DNA of 60,526 bases from Deltaproteobacteria bacterium. GTDB taxonomy: Bacteria > JAGRBM01 > JAHCIT01. The stretch lies in assembly GCA_026129095.1 (NCBI GenBank), contig JAHCIT010000001.1, positions 558,245-618,770 of the forward strand. Reading direction: 5' to 3'. The notes under the pieces were generated by a model. The model saw only the letters and a program-made list of their open reading frames with translations. It was not told the origin of the DNA and did no database searches. This document shows positions 39,503-48,855 of this stretch, piece by piece (positions within the stretch are counted from its first letter, which is position 1; each line of letters opens with the position of its first letter). The translations under genes and the position numbers were made by a program.

Positions 39503-40273
39503 CTACAGGGTATCAATTCGGACAAGGCCTACGGTAATATTGTCAGGGCCGCCCAGTTCATTGGCGCGGTTGATAAGCGTTTCAGCAGCCTTTTCCAGAT
39601 CGTTGGAACGTGCTCCCAGCACCTCTGCTATTTCCACGTCTGACACCGGTCCGGTAAGTCCGTCTGAACAGAGCAGATAGATATCCCCTGCCTTGATGAC
39701 TTCAGACCGGATATCCGGCTCAATATCGGGCCGAATACCGCAAGCTCTGGAAATCACATTCCGATACGGGCTTCGAGCAGCTTCCTCGGGAGTCAGTATC
39801 CCCTGCCGGACCTGTTCATTCACCAGTGAATGGTCGTCGGTGAGCTGCACCAGACAGCCTTCACGATACCGATAGATGCGTGAATCTCCCATATGCCCCA
39901 AGTATGCCTTGCCGTCATTACCGATCAGCAGAACGACTACCGTGCTTCCCATACCCTGAAGCTCCGGGGCTTTCTGTGCCTGACTGAGGATGTTCAGGTT
40001 TGCAATCTTGATCGAGGCAAGCAGAATGTTGGCAGCGCGGCTCAGAGATCCAACATATTCAAACGGCCACGTCATATCCGGCCGCTCTTCGGCGGTCCGG
40101 ACAAAACCAGTAATTGACTCGATGGCGAGCTGTGACGCCACTTCGCCGCCGTTATGCCCGCCCAGCCCGTCAGCCACTATAAAGACACGCCGATCTGGGA
40201 CCATGGCGACGCTGTCTTCATTGTGGGAACGAAGGCGGCCCACATCAGTCATGCCAAAAGCCGTAAGATTCAT
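39503..40273 (-). CDS. PP2C-family (Stp1/PrpC) Ser/Thr phosphatase
   Basis: GRLRSHNEDS, VADGLGGH, GDSRIY, LCSDGL and GGPDNIT motifs. Confidence 0.95.
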   Translation of the reverse strand: MNLTAFGMTDVGRLRSHNEDSVAMVPDRRVFIVADGLGGHNGGEVASQLAIESITGFVRTAEERPDMTWPFEYVGSLSRAANILLASIKIANLNILSQAQKAPELQGMGSTVVVLLIGNDGKAYLGHMGDSRIYRYREGCLVQLTDDHSLVNEQVRQGILTPEEAARSPYRNVISRACGIRPDIEPDIRSEVIKAGDIYLLCSDGLTGPVSDVEIAEVLGARSNDLEKAAETLINRANELGGPDNITVGLVRIDTL

Positions 40274-40312
40274 CTGGTAGTTAAGCCCGCTTGTTGCTCA
40301 AGACGCGACCGT

Positions 40313-41059
40313 TCAGACCTTTCTGTGGGGGGTGTCGGTAGTTTCGGAGCCGTCGGCAAGTTTGGCTATTGTATAATCACCGAACAGGCTGGGTGCTTCC
40401 TTTTGAAGTATCCTGAGAACACCCACTGCAAGTTTTCGAATCTCAACGTCTGCATGGGCACTGCCGCGAAGTTCAATAAAATGACGCCATGCGCGCGCAT
40501 TGGCAGTAACGATGATCTTGGTCTCGGTGGCGTTTGGCAAAACGCTACGCGCCGCCTGCCGTGAAAGTTTGCGCCGGTCTGTTGCCGCTTCGACGTGGGC
40601 ATTCTTCTTCATCAGTGCTTCTACCAGATCCGTATAGGTTTTCTGGCAATGCTCGACGCAGGCGAGCCATTTGGCATGGAGTTCAGGATCGTCCGCTATA
40701 TCATCGGGCTCGATAAATGCCGCATAGGATTCGTCCACATAGCGCTGGGACAGCTGCGAATAGGCAAAACCCGCCCGGTGGCGGATCAACTCGTGTGTAA
40801 GCGACCGGGATATTCCCTCAAAACAGAACGAAAATTGTGCATGCTCGAGTACACTTCCGTGACCCGATTCAATAATGTGGGCAATGTATTCCCGGTTGGT
40901 TTTACGCCCCTTGCCATAGCTCATGTAACAAACACGGCCCCCGAACTCGACGAGCCGCTCGGCAGGAACTTCGGTATCGGTCGACCACTGGATCCCCGGA
41001 TGATCCTGGAAAACCTGGCGGGCAATAAGCGTAATCTTGGGCTCTCGGTAAATATCCAT
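40313..41059 (-). CDS. thyX: Flavin-dependent thymidylate synthase
   Basis: HGSVLEH, RHRAGFAYSQLSQRY and ARSVLPNATET motifs. Confidence 0.96.
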   Translation of the reverse strand: MDIYREPKITLIARQVFQDHPGIQWSTDTEVPAERLVEFGGRVCYMSYGKGRKTNREYIAHIIESGHGSVLEHAQFSFCFEGISRSLTHELIRHRAGFAYSQLSQRYVDESYAAFIEPDDIADDPELHAKWLACVEHCQKTYTDLVEALMKKNAHVEAATDRRKLSRQAARSVLPNATETKIIVTANARAWRHFIELRGSAHADVEIRKLAVGVLRILQKEAPSLFGDYTIAKLADGSETTDTPHRKV

Positions 41060-41210
41060 TTGTCTACCCCGGTAAAAGAGTCACGACGCTGGCCGTACCC
41101 GGCCCTACCGTTTATCCCTGTTACTGCTTCTCAAGGATGGTCGGCAAGCCTATCCACGCCGGGGTCCGGGCGGCAAGAGCGGCCGGTTGAAAGTGGACGG
41201 CAGGGGACCG

Positions 41211-42704
41211 CTACAGCATCTTGGCCATATAGGCGAGGATTTTCTGCTTGAGCTGAGGATTCGGACAGACACGGGCAGAGCGCTCAAACGCCTCATAGGC
41301 CTTGCGCTTGAAGCCGAGTTTCTCATAGGCCACCGCCAGTTTTTTCAGGACGAGGAAACTATCCTGCATCCGGTCAACGGCCTTCTCATATGCACCCAGG
41401 GATTTGTACTTCTGTCCGGCCGCCGTGTAGGCCTCAGCAAGATAATAGTGCGTATTACCGTCAGAGTCGTGATAATCGGCCGCTTCAATGAACAGCGGGA
41501 TAGCCTTGGCATAATCTCCAGCCTCATAAAACTGGAGCGCTGACTTTACCAGTTCGCTGGCAATATGCTGGGCCTCAATTTCGGACTGGGAAACCGTATC
41601 CCTTGATCCTGTTTCCAGAAGTCGCTGAACAGTAATGCGGGCCTGGTGCAGATCCAGCGGCTTGGGCACGAAAGCAGACGCACTGGTAAGCTCCATGAGG
41701 TCATCCCGGGAACGCCAGTCAGAGAACTGGCCACTCATCAGGACAATCGGAACGCCTGAGAATGCCTGGGAACTTTTCAGCTTGCGGCACATGTCAATGC
41801 CAGCAACATCCTGAGTGGAAAGATCTATCATAAGCAATTGCGGCCTCTGGCTCTTGATCAGATCAACCACATGAAGTCCGTCACCGGTTTCAACCACACG
41901 GCAGCCATGTCGCCGCAGCACCAGCCGGAGCTGTCTCCGCACGTCTTCATCCGAATCAACAATCAGGACAAGATTTCCCGCCGTGTCCGTCGCTTGCGTC
42001 CCAGTCGGGGTGCGGGCTGCTATCTTCGGAGGCGGCACTGAACCTTCAGAGACAATCTCCGCTTCGGGCTCTTCGGACACAAGATCAGGCGGTGTTTCAA
42101 CCGCACGGGGAGGCACAACTACTCGCAAGTGTCCGGAAGAGGCCGCTCGGGATGAACTGTCCATTGCTGGTGCCGGAGCGGCTTCCTCCGGGGCAGGTTC
42201 CAGCAGATTCGGATCCCCGTCGGAGACATCTATCTCTTCCGATTCCGGTTCCAATTCTGATTCGCCAGCTTCCATGGACTGATAGGCCTGCTCAATCCGG
42301 ACGGCTAATGCTTTGGCGTCAGCCACCATGATGTTCAGACGCTTGCCTAGCCGGAACTCCGTATCCCGGGCGGCTTCTCCATCATTTGGATCTGCCATCG
42401 CAACGGTGAATGATTTACCATCCGTCGATAGCGGCAATACCATCTGCTTCAGTGCGATATTTTTGGGAAATTTCTGCAGCAGTGTCAGATCAATGCGGGT
42501 CCTGCGAATTGAAACAGGACGAACGCCGAGCTGCTTGGCAACTACCCGGTTCAAAGTTTCGGCATCACAGAACTCAAGGGCAATGACATTTTCCCCGAAC
42601 TTCCCGCCCCAGCGCTGCTGCCTGGCAAGCGCGGATTTCACCTGGAGCTCATCCAGGATGCCCGCGCTGATCAGCAGTTCTCCCAGTTTTGGTTTTGGTG
42701 GCAT
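41211..42704 (-). CDS. MshEN (GspE_N) - linker - receiver - TPR signalling protein
   Basis: KLGELLISAG...ALARQ and VAMADP (MshEN); LIVDSD, LMID and KP (REC); C-terminal TPRs. Confidence 0.85.
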   Translation of the reverse strand: MPPKPKLGELLISAGILDELQVKSALARQQRWGGKFGENVIALEFCDAETLNRVVAKQLGVRPVSIRRTRIDLTLLQKFPKNIALKQMVLPLSTDGKSFTVAMADPNDGEAARDTEFRLGKRLNIMVADAKALAVRIEQAYQSMEAGESELEPESEEIDVSDGDPNLLEPAPEEAAPAPAMDSSSRAASSGHLRVVVPPRAVETPPDLVSEEPEAEIVSEGSVPPPKIAARTPTGTQATDTAGNLVLIVDSDEDVRRQLRLVLRRHGCRVVETGDGLHVVDLIKSQRPQLLMIDLSTQDVAGIDMCRKLKSSQAFSGVPIVLMSGQFSDWRSRDDLMELTSASAFVPKPLDLHQARITVQRLLETGSRDTVSQSEIEAQHIASELVKSALQFYEAGDYAKAIPLFIEAADYHDSDGNTHYYLAEAYTAAGQKYKSLGAYEKAVDRMQDSFLVLKKLAVAYEKLGFKRKAYEAFERSARVCPNPQLKQKILAYMAKML

Positions 42705-42957
42705 AACGCTTCCCGACTGAAAAACTGAATGCCCACGCAAGCCAACCGCCGCGCAAGCCTAATCCTAATTTCCGGGAGCCGCTCCCCAGCAGCTTTCCCC
42801 AACAACCCCGGGTGAAAGTCTACTACAACTGGCACGCCCCTGAAAACGGCTCATCATACTTATTCGTATGGCTAACTTATGGAAAGGTCTGATGTATCAG
42901 GCCGAAACGCTCGTGAGTGGTATCACGTTTTGGGTTGGAAAACGGTCCATAGAATCT

Positions 42958-42985
42958 TTGACTGATGCGTCAGTCATTGTAGAAT
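42958..42985 (+). promoter_or_regulatory. Sigma70 promoter overlapped by a palindromic TetR-like operator
   Basis: TTGACT-N16-TAGAAT; TGACTGA-TGCG-TCAGTCA at 42959-42976. Confidence 0.7.
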
Positions 42986-43029
42986 CACGTTGGGCTTTTA
43001 CTCTGCATGCCAAGGACCTGCGAACATCT

Positions 43030-43986
43030 ATGACCGTCAGTCGCGCCGACCTTGAACGCTATCTGGATCGTCTTGCGAGCAGGATCCAAAACCCCTCCTA
43101 TGGACTGTTCGGCCCAGAATCGATGCTCTGGAAGCTGAACCGTGAGTCGATAATTTTCCTGGGAGGTGGCCGGGCTGCCCTTTTGCAAACTGCCCATCCG
43201 TTCGTTGCACACGGAGTCGATCAGCATTCCAAAACCAAAACTGATCCGCAGGGCCGCTTTCGGCGGACATTCGCCAACGTGTTTGCCATGGTGTTCGGCG
43301 ATCTGTCCGACGCGACGAGATCAGCACGGCGTGTCCATGCGATCCATGACCGTATCACGGGGCTCATCACGGAGCGAATAGGCGCTTTCGATCTTAATTC
43401 ACCCTATGAGGCCAACAAGGAAGAAGCTCTGCTCTGGGTGCATGCAACACTGTGGGATACCTCCATCCTGGTATATGAGCACATGTTTGGCCCCCTGCCG
43501 CTCCCAGTGAAAGACCGCTACTATGAGGAAACGAAGCTTTTCGCCTACCTGTTCGGCATTCCCGATTCTGTACTCCCGCCCAACTGGACCGAGTTCATGG
43601 AGTACAATCGAAAAATGTGGGAATCAGACGTACTCGCTGCGGGGCGCCCCGCAAGCGAAATTGCCCACTTCATCCTGCAGTCACCGCGCCCCGAACTGAA
43701 ACCGGTATTTGCCTGGTACAAGATCATCACCGCCGCGCTATTGCCTGAGCGTATTCGTCACCAGTTCAATATCGGATATGGCCGGGCAGAAAAGGCGGTT
43801 TTTGATGCCTCACTCCGTGCCATCCGAACCGTCTATCCTAAAGTCCCAGAACGCCTGCGGTACTTGCCCGCCTACAACGAAGCCCAGCGGCGGATTAGGG
43901 GTAAAGAGGGGAAGGATCTATTCGGCAAGATCGTCGAGAAGTCCGTTCTGCTGGGACTGAAGCGCCGGGAATCACAAGCGGCCTGA
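43030..43986 (+). CDS. MpaB/DUF2236 (ER-bound oxygenase-like) family protein
   Basis: GLFGPESMLW, LLQTAHP.VAHGV, RVHAIH and LLWVHATL motifs. Confidence 0.9.
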   Translation: MTVSRADLERYLDRLASRIQNPSYGLFGPESMLWKLNRESIIFLGGGRAALLQTAHPFVAHGVDQHSKTKTDPQGRFRRTFANVFAMVFGDLSDATRSARRVHAIHDRITGLITERIGAFDLNSPYEANKEEALLWVHATLWDTSILVYEHMFGPLPLPVKDRYYEETKLFAYLFGIPDSVLPPNWTEFMEYNRKMWESDVLAAGRPASEIAHFILQSPRPELKPVFAWYKIITAALLPERIRHQFNIGYGRAEKAVFDASLRAIRTVYPKVPERLRYLPAYNEAQRRIRGKEGKDLFGKIVEKSVLLGLKRRESQAA

Positions 43987-43991
43987 ATCAG

Positions 43992-45980
43992 TCAGGGAAG
44001 CTCTATCGGTACGGACAGTTCTATGATCACAGGTTCGGTGTTTGCACTCGTAAGTCGTATACCGACATTTCCTGCTACCAACCCGCTGCAAGCCAGTGTC
44101 ACCGACCCGGCCGCGGACAGAATGTTCGCGGAAACGCCTCCGTTTACCGTGCAACCAGCACCGGGAGGCTGGGTCACCCGCTGAACCATTACCGGATAGC
44201 GCAGCTCTGGATCTGTCAACGAATCGATACCGACAGTAATGCCACCTGGGGCCAGAATTGACGAAGCCGATAGGTCTGCCACCATCAACGGCGGAAGACG
44301 GACAACCCTGAGCGCCGTCGAGGCCGTTTCCATGCTCACGGCTGCCGCCCGAACCACAATAATTCCGTCTTCGGAATCGTCTTCGGCGGTGCATTCAACT
44401 CCATCAAAATCCAGTTCGTTATCCAGATCTCCATCACCGGAGAACTGGCACTGAACGCCATCGGGAACCTGCTGAAATGTCAACACTGCAGGACCTGTAA
44501 AACCACTGCCCGCACCGGAGGCGACTTCCGTAGCGACAGAATTCCCGGTCAGGAATGAATTCATGACCGGGAAAAGCTCTAAAACATCCGTTACAAGTAA
44601 AAAATTGGCTTCATATATGGAGACCAGGACGCCCGTAAATACCGTCGGGCCCAATGCTGGCGTTACAGCTAGAATTACCTCTCCGGCAACAGCAGGGCCT
44701 TCCGCAATGCACTCAAGCAAGGCGGTGTCGTTCTCATCTGACAGTTCATTATCACTGAATTCACAGACAACACCCATGGGAAAAGATGTCATCTGTGCCA
44801 CTGCCGGGAAAAAGGCGCTTGAATTTGATGACGTTGTGGCCAGAACTACCGGCTGAGCACTTCCATTCCGCTCCAGTTCCAGAATACTGGCATCGGGCTC
44901 CACCACCAGAACGGGCGCTTCCGGTTGAACGGTAATTTCTATCTGATCGGCAAACGGATCAGAAGATACGAGCGGGCAGGCAAAGAGCGCAATCTCCCGA
45001 ATGTATTCGATAGTATCTTCTGGCTGTACAGTGGCCCCGCAGACGGCCACTGCTTCGACCATTACTATTCCCGGATCACTCCCGTCACTGGCGGAACAGG
45101 TAATCGTTGTCGTTCCTGAAACTTCGAACAACTCTTCTGAAAGCAGGCATTCAACTCCTGCGGGCATCTGTGTCACCCGGAGAACAGCGGGTCCGGCACC
45201 ATCTTCAATCAGGTCATTTGACAGCGTTATCGCTATATCCCGGCTGCCTGTTTCCACTGTCTCAATGATTTTCACAGGAGTTCCGGAAACCGGCGTCAAC
45301 TCCAGATCAGTAGCTCTCGCCAGAATTTCAACCGATACTTCACCTGCAGCAAGCGGCCCGCTGCTGCCAGATCCGGATATTGCTATTTCCGCTGGCCCAG
45401 TTGCGAAGTCAGTCTCCGGCAAGCATGCGACTACAAACCTGGACGGTGGAACCAGTGCATGTGAACAACCAAATTCACCGGGAATCCCCGCCGGAGCAAG
45501 GTTCAGCTGCGGATTCACCGTTCCCGGCGGCAGTTGCACTGAAAAGCGGGCCGGATTTCCGGACAGTGTACCGCGTCGCAGGGTTATTGTGTGCCGGATC
45601 TTCACCGCAAAACTGGCCACACCGGACTCCAGCAAGGAATCACTGAGTTTCCAGGTGAACACATCGGTCCCGGTAGCATCCTCGGCGGGCGTGTAGGTGA
45701 ACGCACCAGTTGCGGCATTAGTAATTTCAACCGTGCCCAGGGAACCACCACTTACAATACTGAATATCCGGTCAGGACCATCAATGTCGGATCCGGGCAG
45801 AAGCCCCGAATAGGCAAAATTCCGCACCGTTTCCCCCTCACTGCTGATGGCAACAGGAGCCGTGTTGGGTGGTGGTAATGTATCGTTTCGGTGTGGCAGG
45901 CCAGAACCAGCCCCATCACAGGAAATCTGCCAGCACAAAATCAGCAGAAGTGCAGTTTTTCGAAGTGGTCCGGAGTCCAT
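43992..45980 (-). CDS. Surface lipoprotein: N-terminal cadherin/Big_9-like Ig domain plus about 5 Cys-paired repeats
   Basis: Lipobox QIS-C; NTAPVA...DIDG...TGAFTYTP...GTDVFT; repeated P-x-G-x-x-C...C units. Confidence 0.8.
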   Translation of the reverse strand: MDSGPLRKTALLLILCWQISCDGAGSGLPHRNDTLPPPNTAPVAISSEGETVRNFAYSGLLPGSDIDGPDRIFSIVSGGSLGTVEITNAATGAFTYTPAEDATGTDVFTWKLSDSLLESGVASFAVKIRHTITLRRGTLSGNPARFSVQLPPGTVNPQLNLAPAGIPGEFGCSHALVPPSRFVVACLPETDFATGPAEIAISGSGSSGPLAAGEVSVEILARATDLELTPVSGTPVKIIETVETGSRDIAITLSNDLIEDGAGPAVLRVTQMPAGVECLLSEELFEVSGTTTITCSASDGSDPGIVMVEAVAVCGATVQPEDTIEYIREIALFACPLVSSDPFADQIEITVQPEAPVLVVEPDASILELERNGSAQPVVLATTSSNSSAFFPAVAQMTSFPMGVVCEFSDNELSDENDTALLECIAEGPAVAGEVILAVTPALGPTVFTGVLVSIYEANFLLVTDVLELFPVMNSFLTGNSVATEVASGAGSGFTGPAVLTFQQVPDGVQCQFSGDGDLDNELDFDGVECTAEDDSEDGIIVVRAAAVSMETASTALRVVRLPPLMVADLSASSILAPGGITVGIDSLTDPELRYPVMVQRVTQPPGAGCTVNGGVSANILSAAGSVTLACSGLVAGNVGIRLTSANTEPVIIELSVPIELP

Positions 45981-46080
45981 GTGGCCAACCTGCGTATACT
46001 ATCACCTTCCGTAGCAGCAAATTCCACAACCCATATCACGTTTGCGCATGGTGGCTGACAAACTAGATTAATGCCGTCTG

Positions 46081-47154
46081 ATGAAACTGGACTACGTCAA
46101 TTACCGAACCAATCCGGAACAGTGGGCTCGTCATCTCGGGATTTCATCCGAAGCGGTACAGCTGTATCTTTCAGCAGAAGTCATCGACCTGCATACGACG
46201 AGTTTCATATGGACACGTGTATTTGGCTACAATCTTTCCAAGCGTCACCGGTCTTTTATTCCCGGTTCGCCGATCCTGAATCAGGTCGATTTTCCCCGCG
46301 TGAGAGAAGCCCAGATGGGCGGCGTCGTCTGGGACGTAACGACCAATCCGCTACGGACCGAAAGTCAACGGCCCGATATAGCTTTCGAAAATATTCGTGA
46401 GCTGGCCCGACTCCTCCGGCACCACCCCAACGAATTTGCCGTTATCCGTACCGAGAGTGACTACCGGAATGCGCGTGCGAAGGGTCTTACCGCCTCCTGG
46501 ATATCAATTCAGGGCGGTCAGGCTATTGATCATGATCTTGGTGATCTAGATCGCATCCCAGAGGATCTTCTGCATCGAGTCACCCTTGTCCATTTTACCC
46601 GCTCCCGTATTGGTGTCTCCAGTGCTGCCCGACGGCATGAAACGGAGGGCTTGAGTAGTTTTGGCCGGGAATTTGTGCGTGCCCTCAATCATCGCCAAAT
46701 TCTTGTCGATCTTTCCCATATCAACCGGTCAGGTTTCATGGACGCCGTGAAAATCCACGACCGCTCGCTTCCGTTCATTGTCTCGCACACCGGAGTTCGG
46801 GGGGTACGCAATTTGTGGCGGAATCTTGATGACGAACAGATCCGGCTCGTTGCCAAAAGCGGCGGCACCATTGGTATCATTTTTCAGCCGGGATTTCTCT
46901 CGGACTCATGGAATAATTGTCCGGTCAGCCGGGTCATCGATCACATGGAGCACGTTATCCGGGTTGCCGGAGAAGATTTTATCTCGCTTGGATCCGATTT
47001 TGACGGGGCCATCCTGCTCCCGCGCGAGCTTCACGATATCACGGGCATGCCTAGGCTGGTTCAGGCCATGCTGGACCGTCACTGGACAGACGTCCGTATT
47101 CGTAAAGTTCTTGGAGAAAATTACCTGCGCGTGGTCCGCACCATCCGGCCCTGA
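46081..47154 (+). CDS. Membrane dipeptidase (peptidase M19) family protein
   Basis: IDLH, VDLSH, VSHTG, RNLDDEQ and LGSDFDG motifs. Confidence 0.9.
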   Translation: MKLDYVNYRTNPEQWARHLGISSEAVQLYLSAEVIDLHTTSFIWTRVFGYNLSKRHRSFIPGSPILNQVDFPRVREAQMGGVVWDVTTNPLRTESQRPDIAFENIRELARLLRHHPNEFAVIRTESDYRNARAKGLTASWISIQGGQAIDHDLGDLDRIPEDLLHRVTLVHFTRSRIGVSSAARRHETEGLSSFGREFVRALNHRQILVDLSHINRSGFMDAVKIHDRSLPFIVSHTGVRGVRNLWRNLDDEQIRLVAKSGGTIGIIFQPGFLSDSWNNCPVSRVIDHMEHVIRVAGEDFISLGSDFDGAILLPRELHDITGMPRLVQAMLDRHWTDVRIRKVLGENYLRVVRTIRP

Positions 47155-47160
47155 GCCGCC

Positions 47161-48735
47161 TCAGGGGGAAGAGGGCGATTGTTTCATCTGCTCCCGCGCC
47201 AGATCTTCCAGTGACATCCCCTCGCTGCCAGGTGGTTGCTGTCGCATCGTATCCACTCCGCAGGCTGCCATGGCTGCAGCATCATTGACGAAGACGGGAA
47301 ATGACTCACGGGCCTTCTGCTCCACGAGCTGGAAACCTTCTTTCATGATTTCCTTTCGAATTGTGGCCTTCACTGACACCGGGTTGTCTGAATAAGCCGG
47401 ATCCTCCAGAGCCTTGAAAATATGCAAGCCGGCGCCTGTTTCCACGATTTCACTCAACTGCCCTTTGTTGAGACCACTTACCGCACGGCCCACATCGGGA
47501 GTGATAACGGAATGAGGAAACTGACCCAAATCACCGCCCTTGGCACCGCTTGTGGCATCGTCCGACATGATTTTCGCCAGCTTCTCGAAGCTGTCGCCCT
47601 GCGCCAGTCGGTCCTTGATTGCCTGCATACGGTCGCGGGCCTTTTGTTTCTCTTCGTCGGTCATGGGATCTCGCAGACGCACCAGAATATGCGCCAGATG
47701 GTAGATCGCGTTCCGGTACTCCGGCAGGCCCTTGACCTGCTCGTACTTTTCATTGATTCGCTGGTCAAAACCACTCCCCAGCAGTTCAACCGCCAAGCGC
47801 TCAGCAGCCACATTGGGGCGCACGTTTTCCGCGATGCTGGTCACCTTCGGATCATCCATGAGGCCACGCCGCCGGGCTTCCCGGATGGCGGCATACCGCT
47901 CGACAATTCCATCCAGAAGTTTCTGCCGGCCTTCCATGGTCCGGATTTCCACCTGCCGTTTTTCCGGATACTTGGAGGCTTCTTCCTCGAACTTTTCAAC
48001 CGTGATATCCATTTTCTCGTCACCAAAGTCTATGGTAGCGATGACGCTCGCGTCCCAGTCCGGTGCTGAAACGCTGGCCTGCTTGCGAAGTGATGCCAGC
48101 AGATCAAGCACTTTTTGCCGGCCCATGGCTGTCGGAATCAGGTGCTTTACCTCGTCATATTTCGCTTTTTCAGTAGCAGAAGAGAACCAGAACTTGTCCT
48201 CATCATAAAATTTCCGCGTTTCGGCCTCGGACGGTGAAACCTCCGTCACCGTTCGGAGCATTTCCGTCACAGCAACCATCTCGATCTGGCTCTGGAACCG
48301 GTTTCGGAACTCCTCGGTTTCATAAACACCCTGCGCCTTGGCATACTGGGCTATGGCATCCCGGATCAGCATCTGGCCCAGAAAATCCCGGCAGAACTGT
48401 GGATCCTGGGCAAGTTGCAACCGGAGCATTTCCGGAGGAGTTGCCATCGCACCGGCAGTCAGGGCTGGATAAACTTCATCCACAAACCGGTCCACGTCCG
48501 TCTTCTGGATGACTTTCTGCCCTACGCTGGCTACATCTTCTGGACCCAGCACTGGTGCCTTTCCCACACTAGGAGTGGAGCCGGATCGCGTGAATATGAA
48601 GACGGCCGCTCCAATCAGGACCACAAGAACAATCACAACGGCGATAATGCCAAAATCCCGGCGACCGCCCATGTCGAACGGATCGGGTGGCGGAACCGGA
48701 TTCTGGGCTGCTGGTAATTCTGGCTTGTCTGTCAT
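47161..48735 (-). CDS. Membrane-anchored SurA/PrsA-like parvulin peptidyl-prolyl isomerase
   Basis: N-terminal TM helix; HILV, FEKLAKIMSDD, GGDLG and GLHI motifs. Confidence 0.88.
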   Translation of the reverse strand: MTDKPELPAAQNPVPPPDPFDMGGRRDFGIIAVVIVLVVLIGAAVFIFTRSGSTPSVGKAPVLGPEDVASVGQKVIQKTDVDRFVDEVYPALTAGAMATPPEMLRLQLAQDPQFCRDFLGQMLIRDAIAQYAKAQGVYETEEFRNRFQSQIEMVAVTEMLRTVTEVSPSEAETRKFYDEDKFWFSSATEKAKYDEVKHLIPTAMGRQKVLDLLASLRKQASVSAPDWDASVIATIDFGDEKMDITVEKFEEEASKYPEKRQVEIRTMEGRQKLLDGIVERYAAIREARRRGLMDDPKVTSIAENVRPNVAAERLAVELLGSGFDQRINEKYEQVKGLPEYRNAIYHLAHILVRLRDPMTDEEKQKARDRMQAIKDRLAQGDSFEKLAKIMSDDATSGAKGGDLGQFPHSVITPDVGRAVSGLNKGQLSEIVETGAGLHIFKALEDPAYSDNPVSVKATIRKEIMKEGFQLVEQKARESFPVFVNDAAAMAACGVDTMRQQPPGSEGMSLEDLAREQMKQSPSSP

Positions 48736-48855
48736 GGCTGGTTTCTCTTGCTTTCGTCCCGCCCTACCGCATCATAACCGCAACCGGTCAAATGGCGGAT
48801 TCAGGGGGGACGGAGCGATACTGGACCGGGCTATCGCAAAAGAAAAGGCGTGTAA

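Noticed and set aside
42830-42845. Sigma54 promoter TGGCACG...
   Set aside because: The -12 GC is missing at the required spacing
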